Shown here: positions 16,344 to 24,701 of the stretch, piece after piece
Layout of the letters: the number at the start of each line of letters is the position of its first letter
How positions within the stretch are numbered: the stretch's first letter is position 1
NCBI GenBank assembly: GCA_022821865.1
Contig: JAJECW010000007.1
Coordinates: 1 to 32,000 of the forward strand
Length of the DNA: 32,000 nucleotides
Direction: 5' to 3'
Origin: Pseudomonadales bacterium
GTDB taxonomy: Bacteria > Pseudomonadota > Gammaproteobacteria > Pseudomonadales > Pseudohongiellaceae
The notes under the pieces: generated by a model
Database searches by the model: none
What the model was told of the DNA's origin: nothing
The model's input: only the letters and a program-made list of their open reading frames with translations
Program-made: the position numbers and the translations under genes

Positions 16344-17729
16344 ATGGATAGTATCGAGCGCGCGCTCGGCGCCTTCGCCGATTTCATGTGGGGGCCGCAA
16401 CTCGTCGTCTTGCTCGTGGGCGGCGGGCTGTTTTTCATGATCCATTCGCGGCTGCGGCAGTTTCGCTATCTGAAGCATGCGGTGGACCTGCTGCTCGGTC
16501 GTTACGATTCCCGTGAGGACGCCGGCGACATCACCCATTTCCGCGCTCTCGCCACGGCGCTGGCGGGCACCATTGGCCTGGGCAATATCACCAGTGTGGC
16601 TCTGGCCATAAGCCTGGGCGGGCCGGGGGCAGTGTTCTGGATGTGGGTGACCGCAATCGTCGGCACTTCCACCAAGTTCTATACCGCGAGTCTAGCGGTG
16701 ATGTACCGCGGCCGGGACGATGCCGGCAAGCTTCAGGGCGGGCCGATGTATGTCATCCGCGAAGCGCTGGGCCGCCAGTGGATGCCGCTGGCGGGGCTGT
16801 TCGCCGTGGCAGGCATGTTTGGCACCCTGCCGGTGTTCCAGATCAACCAGACCGTGCAGATTCTGCGTGACGTGGTCGCGATTCCCGCCGGCTGGGCCAA
16901 CGCCGACGATCATTTTGGATTTGATCTGCTCATGGGGCTGCTGCTGTCCGCGGGGCTGTTCGCCATCATTATCGGTCGCATCCAGCGCATCGCCGCCTGG
17001 ACCAGCCGCCTGGTGCCTGTCATGGTGCTGTTCTGGTTTGTGGTCACCGTCTGGTTGCTGCTGCTTCACGCGGCGGAGATTCCCGCCACCTTCGCGCTGA
17101 TTTTCCGCGACGCCTTCAGCGGCGAAGCGGCGGCGGGCGGGGCCATTGGCGCGGTCATCCTGATTGGCGTCCAGCGGGGGGTGTTCTCCAATGAAGCCGG
17201 GCTTGGCACCGAGTCACTCGCCCACGGCGCCGCCAAAACCAATGAGCCGGTGCGGGAAGGTCTGGTGGCCATGCTCGGGCCGATCATCGATACGCTGATT
17301 GTATGCACCTGCACCGCGCTGGCGATTCTGGTCACCGGCGTCTGGCGGGAAGATGCGGTGGGCGTTACCCTGACTTCACTCGCCTATGAGCAGGTTTTTC
17401 CGGGCTATGGTTCCTGGCTGGTATTGCTGATGGTGGTGACTCTTGGCGCCACCACGGTGCTGACCTATTCGTACTACGGCGGCAAATGCATGGCCTTCCT
17501 TTTCGGCACCAAACGGGAGAAATACTACATCTGGACCTACGCCGCCCTGATCACTGTGGGCGCAGTGGCTTCACTGGAAGCCGTGGTCAGCCTGTTCGAC
17601 GGCGCCTACGCCACCATGGCCATCCCCACCATGCTGTCCACACTGATTCTGGCGCCGAAAGTGAAAACCGCCGCCAAAGACTATTTTGCCCGTTATGACG
17701 GCGGCGAAATCAAGCAGTTCGTACAATGA
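16344..17729 (+). CDS. Alanine/glycine:cation symporter (AGCS family)
   Basis: 461 aa and polytopic, with GGPGAVFWMW and FSNEAGLGT motifs. It starts 9 nt after the hydrolase gene. Confidence 0.9.
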   Translation: MDSIERALGAFADFMWGPQLVVLLVGGGLFFMIHSRLRQFRYLKHAVDLLLGRYDSREDAGDITHFRALATALAGTIGLGNITSVALAISLGGPGAVFWMWVTAIVGTSTKFYTASLAVMYRGRDDAGKLQGGPMYVIREALGRQWMPLAGLFAVAGMFGTLPVFQINQTVQILRDVVAIPAGWANADDHFGFDLLMGLLLSAGLFAIIIGRIQRIAAWTSRLVPVMVLFWFVVTVWLLLLHAAEIPATFALIFRDAFSGEAAAGGAIGAVILIGVQRGVFSNEAGLGTESLAHGAAKTNEPVREGLVAMLGPIIDTLIVCTCTALAILVTGVWREDAVGVTLTSLAYEQVFPGYGSWLVLLMVVTLGATTVLTYSYYGGKCMAFLFGTKREKYYIWTYAALITVGAVASLEAVVSLFDGAYATMAIPTMLSTLILAPKVKTAAKDYFARYDGGEIKQFVQ

Positions 17730-17737
17730 AATCAGCC

Positions 17738-17819
17738 ATCGGCACCATGGATGGCATTAACAACCTTGTGGAATCCCCAAAGAGATTCTACGACTTCGCG
17801 TCGCTACACGCGGAATGAC
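17738..17819 (+). repeat. D-family repeat, copy D1
   Basis: atcggcaccatggatggcattaacaaccttgtggaatccccaaagagattctacgacttcgcg... matches the reverse complement of 22762-22833 at 58 of the first 63 nt. It then carries a roughly 10-nt insertion (tcgctacacg). Confidence 0.85.
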
Positions 17820-17836
17820 AGTCCTTTTTTTCAAGA

Positions 17837-18184
17837 CTAATGAAGCGCGTGATGGGGCTCTGAAGGGATCTCTTCCGCAACGCCCAGAATGGATTCTTCT
17901 TCCTGGGAAATGTAGCTTCTGGTGGTGATGGGGCTGCGCAGCATTGGCCCGAGGCGACGGACGAATTTTTCCATATGGTCGGTTTCGTAGTGCCCTTGCA
18001 GGCTTTCCGCATCGTCCCATTCCTGCAGCAGCAGGACTTCGCTGGAGTCGCCGATTCCCTGAAAATAGCGATAGTGCCGGCAGCCGTGCTCGTGCTGGCA
18101 CAGGCGCATCATTTCCCGCATCAGCGCAAGGGCCGCATCGACTTTTTGCGGATGAAGATTGAAAGTGCTTTGCAGGATGATCAT
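17837..18184 (-). CDS. Antibiotic-biosynthesis-monooxygenase (ABM) domain protein
   Basis: 115 aa from ATG 18184 with a gaggag RBS. MIILQSTFNLHP...SSEVLLLQEWDDAESLQGHYETDHM is typical of the ferredoxin-like ABM fold. Confidence 0.65.
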   Translation of the reverse strand: MIILQSTFNLHPQKVDAALALMREMMRLCQHEHGCRHYRYFQGIGDSSEVLLLQEWDDAESLQGHYETDHMEKFVRRLGPMLRSPITTRSYISQEEESILGVAEEIPSEPHHALH

Positions 18185-18388
18185 GGCTGGCTCCTCTGCC
18201 TGATTCCCCGGTTTACTGATTGTCCTTCCCGGATATTGTTGATCTGCCGGCAGGTTCATGTGGCAGTTATTATTTTATACAACGTCAAAACGGCCTGGCG
18301 CAATACGAAATGGGCAAAATGAAAACGTTGTCATCAGTGTGCTGTCCCGGAAGTTTGCTGAGATGCAGCGAACTTCCAGACAACCAGA

Positions 18389-19279
18389 CTATCGATCATC
18401 CAACTCATTCCACCAGGGATAGAACCCGGGCATGTCGCTTGAGGCCCTGTCCGTAAACTCCGGCGGGCGTTTTTCACGAAAAGCCCGCACACCTTCCCTG
18501 CCGCTCGTCCGGCTTTGGCAGTAGATCGCCAGGGACTCAACTTCGTGGGCTTGCCGGGGGTGCTCCAGGGCTACATTGCGGTACATCATCTGCCGGGTCA
18601 GCGCGATGGAGACCTGACTGTGGCGGCCAATGCGAGCGGCGAGATCACGGGCCTTGCCGAGCACTTTCTTGCCGGCAAGCCGGTAGTTGGCGAATCCCCG
18701 CTTCCTGAGTTCCCTGGCATTGATCAGGTCGGCGCGGTAAATCCATTCCAGCGCCGTGCCCATATTGACGATGCGCGGCAAAAACCAGGTCGAGCAGGCT
18801 TCCGGGGTAATGCCGACGCGATTGAAGACAAACCCCGCCAGCGCATCCCTGGCGACAACGCGCACATCCATGGCGCAGGTCATGGTGGCGCCAATTCCCA
18901 CGGCGTGGCCATTGATTGCGGCAATCACCGGCTTCTTGCAGCGGAAGATCGCCAGGGTCAGCAGGCCGCCCAGGTCGCGTACGCCACGTTCGATTTCCGG
19001 CTCCCGCAGACGTTTCCTCAGTTCGTTCAGATCGGGCTCGAACGACTCGTCGAGGCCGAATACATTGCCCTCGCCGGACAAATCCATTCCCGCGCAGAAT
19101 GCCCTTCCCGCGCCGGTCACAATGATGGCGTTGACCGCATCATCCTCGCTCGCGCGGTCGAAAGCGTCGATGAGTTCGTGGCCCATTGCCACAGTAAAGG
19201 CATTGAGCTGGTCGGGCCGGTTCAGGGTGAGAGTGAGAATGGAATTTTCCACTTCATGGCGGATCGTTTCGTATTTCAT
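18389..19279 (-). CDS. Enoyl-CoA hydratase/isomerase (crotonase) family protein
   Basis: 296 aa with oxyanion-hole segments [10 protein letters not shown] and [11 protein letters not shown]. The start overlaps the upstream CoA-transferase stop (ATGA). Confidence 0.85.
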   Translation of the reverse strand: MKYETIRHEVENSILTLTLNRPDQLNAFTVAMGHELIDAFDRASEDDAVNAIIVTGAGRAFCAGMDLSGEGNVFGLDESFEPDLNELRKRLREPEIERGVRDLGGLLTLAIFRCKKPVIAAINGHAVGIGATMTCAMDVRVVARDALAGFVFNRVGITPEACSTWFLPRIVNMGTALEWIYRADLINARELRKRGFANYRLAGKKVLGKARDLAARIGRHSQVSIALTRQMMYRNVALEHPRQAHEVESLAIYCQSRTSGREGVRAFREKRPPEFTDRASSDMPGFYPWWNELDDR

Positions 19280-20403
19280 ATGGCGCCCTCGGCCTGCAAA
19301 CGGGCAATGCGCTCAGTACTGAACCCCCAATCCGCAAGCACCTGTTCGCTGTGTTCTCCCACTCTGGCGGCGGCGGACTGGATTTCCCCCGGAGTGCGGC
19401 TGAAGCGCGGCGCCGGCGCGGGTTGCAGAACGCCCGCGTAGTCAACAAAAGTCTCTCGCGCCTGGTTGTGTGGGTGTTTTGGCGCTTCCGCAAGATCCAG
19501 CACCGGCGCAAAACAGACATCGGTGCCTTCCATCAATTCGCACCATTGCTCGCGAGTCTTGCCGCGGAAAATCGCCGCGACCTTTTCCCGCATTTCCGGC
19601 CAGTTCTCCCGGGCGTACTGCGATTCGAACCGCGGGTCTTCGATGCCCGCCTTTTCCAGCAGCAGGGCATAGAACTGGGGCTCAAGCGAGCCGATGGATA
19701 TGTATTTGCCGTCGGCGCATTCATAGCTGCCATAAAAGGGCGCGCCGCCGTCAAGGCGGTTGCTGTGGCGCTCGGTGGTCCACATGCCCATGGCAAGGAG
19801 CCCGTAGAATGGGCTCAGCAGGCTGGCGGTGCCATCGGTCATGGCGGCGTCGATGATCTGGCCGCGGCCGGATTGCTGGCGCTCCACCAGCGCGGCGAGG
19901 ATTCCGCAAAGCAGATACATGGCGCCGCCGCCGAAATCGCCGATCAGGTTCAATGGCGGCGGCGGCGGCCGGTCGGCATGGCCCATGGCGCCGAGTGCGC
20001 CGCCGATGGAAATGTAATTGATGTCGTGGCCCGCGGCTTTGGCCAGCGGCCCGTGCTGGCCCCAGCCCGTCATGCGGCCGTAGACGAGGCCGGGATTGCG
20101 TTCGAGGCAGATTTCAGGCCCAAGCCCGAGCCGCTCCATGACGCCGGGGCGGAATCCTTCAATCAGCGCATCGGCCTGGTCGATCATTTCCAGCGCAATG
20201 GCTACGCCCTGTTCTTTTTTCAGATCCACCGCCAGCGAGCGTCGCCCCCGGGACAGCACATTGGCGCGCTCACCGCTTCCCTTCAGGCTCAGGCGGTCAA
20301 GCCGGATGACTTCGGCGCCGAGGTCTGAAAGCATCATGGCGCAAAACGGCCCCGGCCCGATGCCGGCCATCTCGATTACCCGAATCCCCTTTAGTGGCCC
20401 CAT
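19276..20403 (-). CDS. Family III CoA-transferase (CaiB/BaiF), alpha-methylacyl-CoA racemase-like
   Basis: 375 aa. The N-terminus [34 protein letters not shown] closely resembles the AMACR/MCR N-terminus. Confidence 0.85.
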   Translation of the reverse strand: MGPLKGIRVIEMAGIGPGPFCAMMLSDLGAEVIRLDRLSLKGSGERANVLSRGRRSLAVDLKKEQGVAIALEMIDQADALIEGFRPGVMERLGLGPEICLERNPGLVYGRMTGWGQHGPLAKAAGHDINYISIGGALGAMGHADRPPPPPLNLIGDFGGGAMYLLCGILAALVERQQSGRGQIIDAAMTDGTASLLSPFYGLLAMGMWTTERHSNRLDGGAPFYGSYECADGKYISIGSLEPQFYALLLEKAGIEDPRFESQYARENWPEMREKVAAIFRGKTREQWCELMEGTDVCFAPVLDLAEAPKHPHNQARETFVDYAGVLQPAPAPRFSRTPGEIQSAAARVGEHSEQVLADWGFSTERIARLQAEGAI

Positions 20404-20491
20404 GCTGTACTCCTTTCTGATTCAATTCAGAATCTCGACATCGTATTCGGCAATCCTGGAATCCCGGCTGGCGTCAACGACTTTACCAACG

Positions 20492-20519
20492 CCTGGGAGC
20501 CTGCGTCGCAGGAATTCGG
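20492..20519 (+). repeat. C-motif copy C4
   Basis: cctgggagcctgcgtcgcaggaattcgg, between the hydrolase stop and the CoA-transferase start. Confidence 0.75.
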
Positions 20520-20581
20520 TCAATCGGATCCCGATGATGTATCGGCAAGTCGGCATACCTCTTCAGGTGGCGAGCTTGTAT

Positions 20582-21436
20582 CTACAATTCCGCCAGAAAC
20601 TCCCGCAGCAGGGGCACTACTCCGGGTTCGTCAAGCATGGGGGCGTGGCCCACGCCTGGGACGGTGAACAGTTTCAGGCCGGAATGCCGGCGCTGCATTT
20701 CGCTTGCGCAGTCCGCTTCGAGAATGTCGGAAAGCCCGCCCCGGATCAGCAATACCGGGAACTGTTTCAATCCGGCGAACAGGGCCCAGGGGTCGAATCC
20801 GGGCGCTGTGCGACTGACCCTGGCCAGCGGCTCGGCAATGTCAGGGTCATACAGCAATTTCACTTCTCCAGCGGCGTCTTCGGCATAGTTACGCCGCGCC
20901 CAGCGCTCCCAGTCCTCGCTCTCGTAATGGGGAAAGGCGATGGCATTGAGTTCCCGGGATTGCCCGGCGGCGGCTTCCCAGGTTCCGGGTGATTCGATCT
21001 TGCCGGTGTAACTGACGATGCGGGCCCAACCTCTGTCTGCCATCACGGGGCCAATATCGTTCATTACCACGCCCCGGAACAGGAAAGGATTCATGCCAGC
21101 CATCATCATCGACATCAGTCCGCCGAGCGAAGTGCCAACCAGCACAATATTCCCGAGTTTCAGCCGTTCAATCAGTGAAAACATGTCTTTCACATAGCGC
21201 AGGGGCGTGTAGTTCCGGGGATTGTCGTCCCAGTCCGAGTGTCCGCGTCCGCGCTGGTCCACTGCGATTATGCGGTAATCGCGCTGCAGTTCGCGGGCGA
21301 GGTCGTGAAAATCCGCCGAGTTGCGGGTCAGTCCGTGCATGCACAGCAGGGTCTGCTTCGCGTCGCCGTTAGCGTAATCCCGCGCGTACAGCCTGAGTCC
21401 GTCGTCGCTGTCGTACCAGATGTCCTGAAACTGCAT
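20582..21436 (-). CDS. Alpha/beta-fold hydrolase
   Basis: Starts at ATG 21436 (MQFQDIWYD). HGLTRNSADF oxyanion region, nucleophile elbow GTSLGG and a C-terminal GVGHAPMLDEP histidine region. Confidence 0.8.
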   Translation of the reverse strand: MQFQDIWYDSDDGLRLYARDYANGDAKQTLLCMHGLTRNSADFHDLARELQRDYRIIAVDQRGRGHSDWDDNPRNYTPLRYVKDMFSLIERLKLGNIVLVGTSLGGLMSMMMAGMNPFLFRGVVMNDIGPVMADRGWARIVSYTGKIESPGTWEAAAGQSRELNAIAFPHYESEDWERWARRNYAEDAAGEVKLLYDPDIAEPLARVSRTAPGFDPWALFAGLKQFPVLLIRGGLSDILEADCASEMQRRHSGLKLFTVPGVGHAPMLDEPGVVPLLREFLAEL

Positions 21437-21508
21437 TCTCCACCCCAAATGAAGCACCGTAACTGGTCTCTGGCGACCAGATTCGTTGCCAACAATAGAA
21501 AATTGTCA

Positions 21509-21530
21509 CGCCGTTCTCAAGTTGACGGCG
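21509..21530 (-). terminator. Weak candidate intrinsic terminator after coxE
   Basis: On the minus strand: cgccgu-caacuugaga-acggcg, then ugacaauuuucuauu. The stem is only 6 bp and the U-tract is offset by 6 nt. Confidence 0.3.
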
Positions 21531-21538
21531 CCAAAACA

Positions 21539-22723
21539 TTACCCCCAATCCTGTCGCTTGCTTCCCGACAGCGCCCTGGCGAGCTCGTCGAGGCTTTCGA
21601 GGTTGTGGGCGGAGCGGAAGTCGGATACATGGGGGCGCATGGCCCTGGCGCCCTGCGTGAGTGGCTCGAAACCGTCCCAGCGCAACAACGGGTTGAGCCA
21701 GACGAGGCGGCGGCTGGAGCGGGCGAGGCGCTGGATTTCGATTTCAAGTTGCGCTGGGTCGTCGCGTTCGAGGCCATCGCTGAGGAGCAGGGTGGTTGCG
21801 CCCTGGCCGAGCACCCGGCGCGCCCAGAGTTTGTTGAACCGGTGCAGGCAGTGGCCGATGCGGGTGCCGCCGGACCAGTCCCGCACCGCCCCGGCGACGC
21901 CTTCGAGCGCCTGGTCCACATCGCTGTGGACAAGCTGGCGCGTGACATGGGTGAGCCGGGTGCCGAAGACAAAGCTCTGCACCCGGCGCCGGGCGGCGAT
22001 GGCGTGCATGAAATGCAGGAACATCCGTGAATAGGCGCTCATGGAGCCCGAGATGTCGCACAGCACCACCAGCGGCGGCTGGCGGGTCCTGCGTTGGCGG
22101 AATCGCAGCGGCGCCGCGGCGCCTGACCGCGCCAGCGCCCGCAGGCTTGCCCTTCGATCAAGATGGCGACCGCGGGGGTCGGGGCGGAAACGCCGGGTGG
22201 GGATACTGTCTCTGGGCAGGCGCAAGTCGGCGATGGCGCGTTTGGCCTGTTCGAGTTCAGCGCTGGACATGTCTTCAAAGTCCCGTTCCTTGAGGATTTC
22301 AGCGGGGGAACTCGTCAGCAGGGCGTGCAGTTCGAGCTGTTCTTCGGTGGATTTCCGCATCCTTCCCTCGCCGCCCATGGCGTCTGCAAGCCGGCGGCGC
22401 ACTTCGCTGGCGCTGGTCTCGTCCTCGATCAGCAGATTCGGCAGCATGGCGCCCAGCATCCGCTCCATGAAAGCCGGGTTGCGCCAGAAGATGTGGAAGG
22501 CCTGGTCGAACAGTTCGCGCTGGTCCCGGCGGCTGACGAAAATCGCGAACAGGCAGCTATGAAAATCGGCGCGGCTGGAAAAACCCACCAGATTGACAGC
22601 GCGGATGGCGTCCAGCGCCTTTCCGGGCCCCACCGGCAGGCCGGCGGCGCGCAGCAGGCGGGCGAAGTGCATGATGTTGCCGGTCATGCGACCACCGTCC
22701 GCGAAGGTGGCTTCAAGCTGCAT
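21539..22723 (-). CDS. coxE: VWA-domain CoxE-like maturation protein
   Basis: 394 aa. The CoxE-type N-terminal region is IMHFARLLRAAGLPVGPGKALDA, and the VWA core has VVLCDISGSM. It lies downstream of coxD. Confidence 0.8.
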   Translation of the reverse strand: MQLEATFADGGRMTGNIMHFARLLRAAGLPVGPGKALDAIRAVNLVGFSSRADFHSCLFAIFVSRRDQRELFDQAFHIFWRNPAFMERMLGAMLPNLLIEDETSASEVRRRLADAMGGEGRMRKSTEEQLELHALLTSSPAEILKERDFEDMSSAELEQAKRAIADLRLPRDSIPTRRFRPDPRGRHLDRRASLRALARSGAAAPLRFRQRRTRQPPLVVLCDISGSMSAYSRMFLHFMHAIAARRRVQSFVFGTRLTHVTRQLVHSDVDQALEGVAGAVRDWSGGTRIGHCLHRFNKLWARRVLGQGATTLLLSDGLERDDPAQLEIEIQRLARSSRRLVWLNPLLRWDGFEPLTQGARAMRPHVSDFRSAHNLESLDELARALSGSKRQDWG

Positions 22724-22761
22724 CGTTCACCTTTCTGTCATTTTGCGCGGCCCCTCGTCCC

Positions 22762-22833
22762 GTCATTCTGCGCGAAGTCGCAGAATCTCATTGGGGATTC
22801 CACAAGCTTGTTCATGCCATCCATGGCGCCGAT
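22762..22833 (-). repeat. D-family repeat, copy D2 (inverted relative to D1)
   Basis: Its reverse complement aligns with 17738-17819. It contains an intact 8-bp hairpin, attctgcg/cgaagt/cgcagaat (22765-22786). It sits in the 203-nt coxD-coxE spacer. Confidence 0.85.
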
Positions 22834-22926
22834 TTGCCGATTTCGATCAACCCCGGCCTCGACTTCCTGTCGAGTCGCTCGGGACTGCGCACGAAGCTGT
22901 GCTTCGTATCCGCTTGCCCTCGCCCA

Positions 22927-23841
22927 TCAACCGACTCGCGCCGAAAGTTCCGCCCTCACTTCCTCGAGAATCCGCGCCGCTTCGCTACCACGGATGCGGG
23001 CAATGTCATCCTGGTACTTGAGCAGGGCGCCCAGGGTGTCGTCGATGGCCCTGCTGTCCAGGGCCACCTGATCGAGTTGCAGCAGGGACTGGGCCCAGTC
23101 CAGTGTTTCGGCAACCCCGGGAAGCTTGTACAGATCCCGCTCGCGCAGGCGCTGGACGAAAGCGACCACATGGCGGCTCAGGCTGGCGTCCATTCCCGGC
23201 AGCCTGGCCTCGATGATCGCGAGCTCGCGCTCGGCGTCGGGATAGTCGACCCAGTGGTAGAGGCAGCGCCGCTTGAGCGCGTCGTGGATTTCCCGGGTAC
23301 GATTGGAAGTGATCACGACCAGGGGCGGCTCGGCCGCCTTGACCGTGCCGATTTCCGGGATCGAAATCTGGAAGTCCGACAACAATTCCAGCAGATAGGC
23401 CTCGAAAGGCTCGTCGGTGCGGTCAAGTTCGTCAATAAGCAGCACGGGAGCGCCGCTATCGTCACCGCGAAGCGCCGCAAGCAGGGGCCGCTCGATCAGG
23501 AAATCCGCGGCGAACACATCATTCGCCAGATGCTGCCGGTCCACCACTCCGGCGGCTTCGGCAAGGCGAATCTCGATCATTTGCCGGGCATAGTTCCACT
23601 CGTATACCGCGGAGGAAACATCGAGCCCTTCGTAGCACTGCAGCCGGATCAGGCGGCGGTCGAGGCCGGCGGCAAGCACCTTGGCGATTTCGGTCTTGCC
23701 GACGCCGGCCTCGCCTTCGAGAAACAGCGGCCGGCCCATTTGCAGGGACAGGAACAGCGTGGTGGCCAGCGCCCGGTCGGCAACGTAGTTGCCGTCCCGG
23801 AGCAGCCGCTGGACATCCTCGATGCTAGTGTGCTGTCCCAT
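22927..23841 (-). CDS. coxD: MoxR-type AAA+ ATPase CoxD
   Basis: 304 aa with Walker A GEAGVGKT and Walker B LLIDELDR. It lies between coxM and coxE. Confidence 0.9.
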   Translation of the reverse strand: MGQHTSIEDVQRLLRDGNYVADRALATTLFLSLQMGRPLFLEGEAGVGKTEIAKVLAAGLDRRLIRLQCYEGLDVSSAVYEWNYARQMIEIRLAEAAGVVDRQHLANDVFAADFLIERPLLAALRGDDSGAPVLLIDELDRTDEPFEAYLLELLSDFQISIPEIGTVKAAEPPLVVITSNRTREIHDALKRRCLYHWVDYPDAERELAIIEARLPGMDASLSRHVVAFVQRLRERDLYKLPGVAETLDWAQSLLQLDQVALDSRAIDDTLGALLKYQDDIARIRGSEAARILEEVRAELSARVG

Positions 23842-23884
23842 AGGTTCGCTGTATTTCAGCGCACTCCCCGCGGTGCGGGCATGC

Positions 23885-24679
23885 TCAGGCGCAGGCCGCC
23901 ACCGCGCGCTGGGCCATTACCCGCACCAGATGTGCGCGATACTCCGCGCTGGCGTGGATATCCGCGTTCATGCGGTCCACCGGCGCCTGGAAATCAGCGA
24001 GCGCCGCCGGGCTGAAGTCTTTGGCAAGAGCTTCTTCCATCCGATAGGCGCGGTGGGCGCAGTCCGTCGCTCCGGTAACCGCGGCCCGCGCGCCGCCGGC
24101 GGTCCTGGCAATGAACACCCCCACAATGGCATAACGCGAAGCCGGATTTTCGAACTTCATGTAGGCGGCGGCTTCCGGCCTCGGGAAATCCACCGCGACG
24201 ATGATTTCGTCTTCTTCCAGGGCGGTTTCAAACATCCCGGTGAAAAAATCCCCACCGGCGATTTCCCGGCGGTTGGTGCGCACGGTGGCGCCCAGGGCGA
24301 TGACCGCGGCGGGATAGTCCGCCGCCGGATCGTTGTTGGCAATGGAACCGCCGATGGTGCCGCGGTTGCGCACGGCGGGGTCGCCGATATTGCCGGCGAG
24401 AGCGGCAAGGGCGGGAATCGCCTCTTGCACTTCGCCGGAGGCCGCCACTTCGGCATGGGGAGTCATGGCGCCTATCGTGACGATATTGCCATTGACGACA
24501 ATGCCGCCAAGTTCGGCGATGGCGCCAAGATCAATCACATCGGAAGGGCTGGCCAACCGATGCTTCATGGTGGGCAGCAGGGTTTGCCCGCCGGCGACGA
24601 GCTTGCCATCGGCGGCGTTGGCGATCAGGTTTGCCGCCTCGGCTACCGAAGCGGGTCGATGATATGAAAATGAATACAT
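23885..24679 (-). CDS. coxM: Mo-hydroxylase medium (FAD-binding) subunit
   Basis: 264 aa from ATG 24679 ([15 protein letters not shown]) with a ggagg [14 protein letters not shown] and [11 protein letters not shown] are FAD-binding motifs. Confidence 0.85.
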   Translation of the reverse strand: MYSFSYHRPASVAEAANLIANAADGKLVAGGQTLLPTMKHRLASPSDVIDLGAIAELGGIVVNGNIVTIGAMTPHAEVAASGEVQEAIPALAALAGNIGDPAVRNRGTIGGSIANNDPAADYPAAVIALGATVRTNRREIAGGDFFTGMFETALEEDEIIVAVDFPRPEAAAYMKFENPASRYAIVGVFIARTAGGARAAVTGATDCAHRAYRMEEALAKDFSPAALADFQAPVDRMNADIHASAEYRAHLVRVMAQRAVAACA

Positions 24680-24701
24680 TGCAATTTCCTCCCGCGCGGG
24701 T

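Noticed and set aside
18349-18377. Stem-loop ggaagtt-(t)gctg-agatg-cagc(g)-aacttcc after the enoyl-CoA hydratase stop, considered as an intrinsic terminator
   Set aside because: The stem is good, but no U-tract follows on the transcribed (minus) strand. It may be an RNA-stability element, but I cannot support calling it a terminator.
17738-22833. Composite transposon or genomic islet bounded by the inverted D1/D2 repeats
   Set aside because: There is no transposase, integrase or target-site duplication. The right boundary falls inside the coxD-coxE operon spacer, so the enclosed block is not an independent unit. The D copies behave like the other intergenic repeats.
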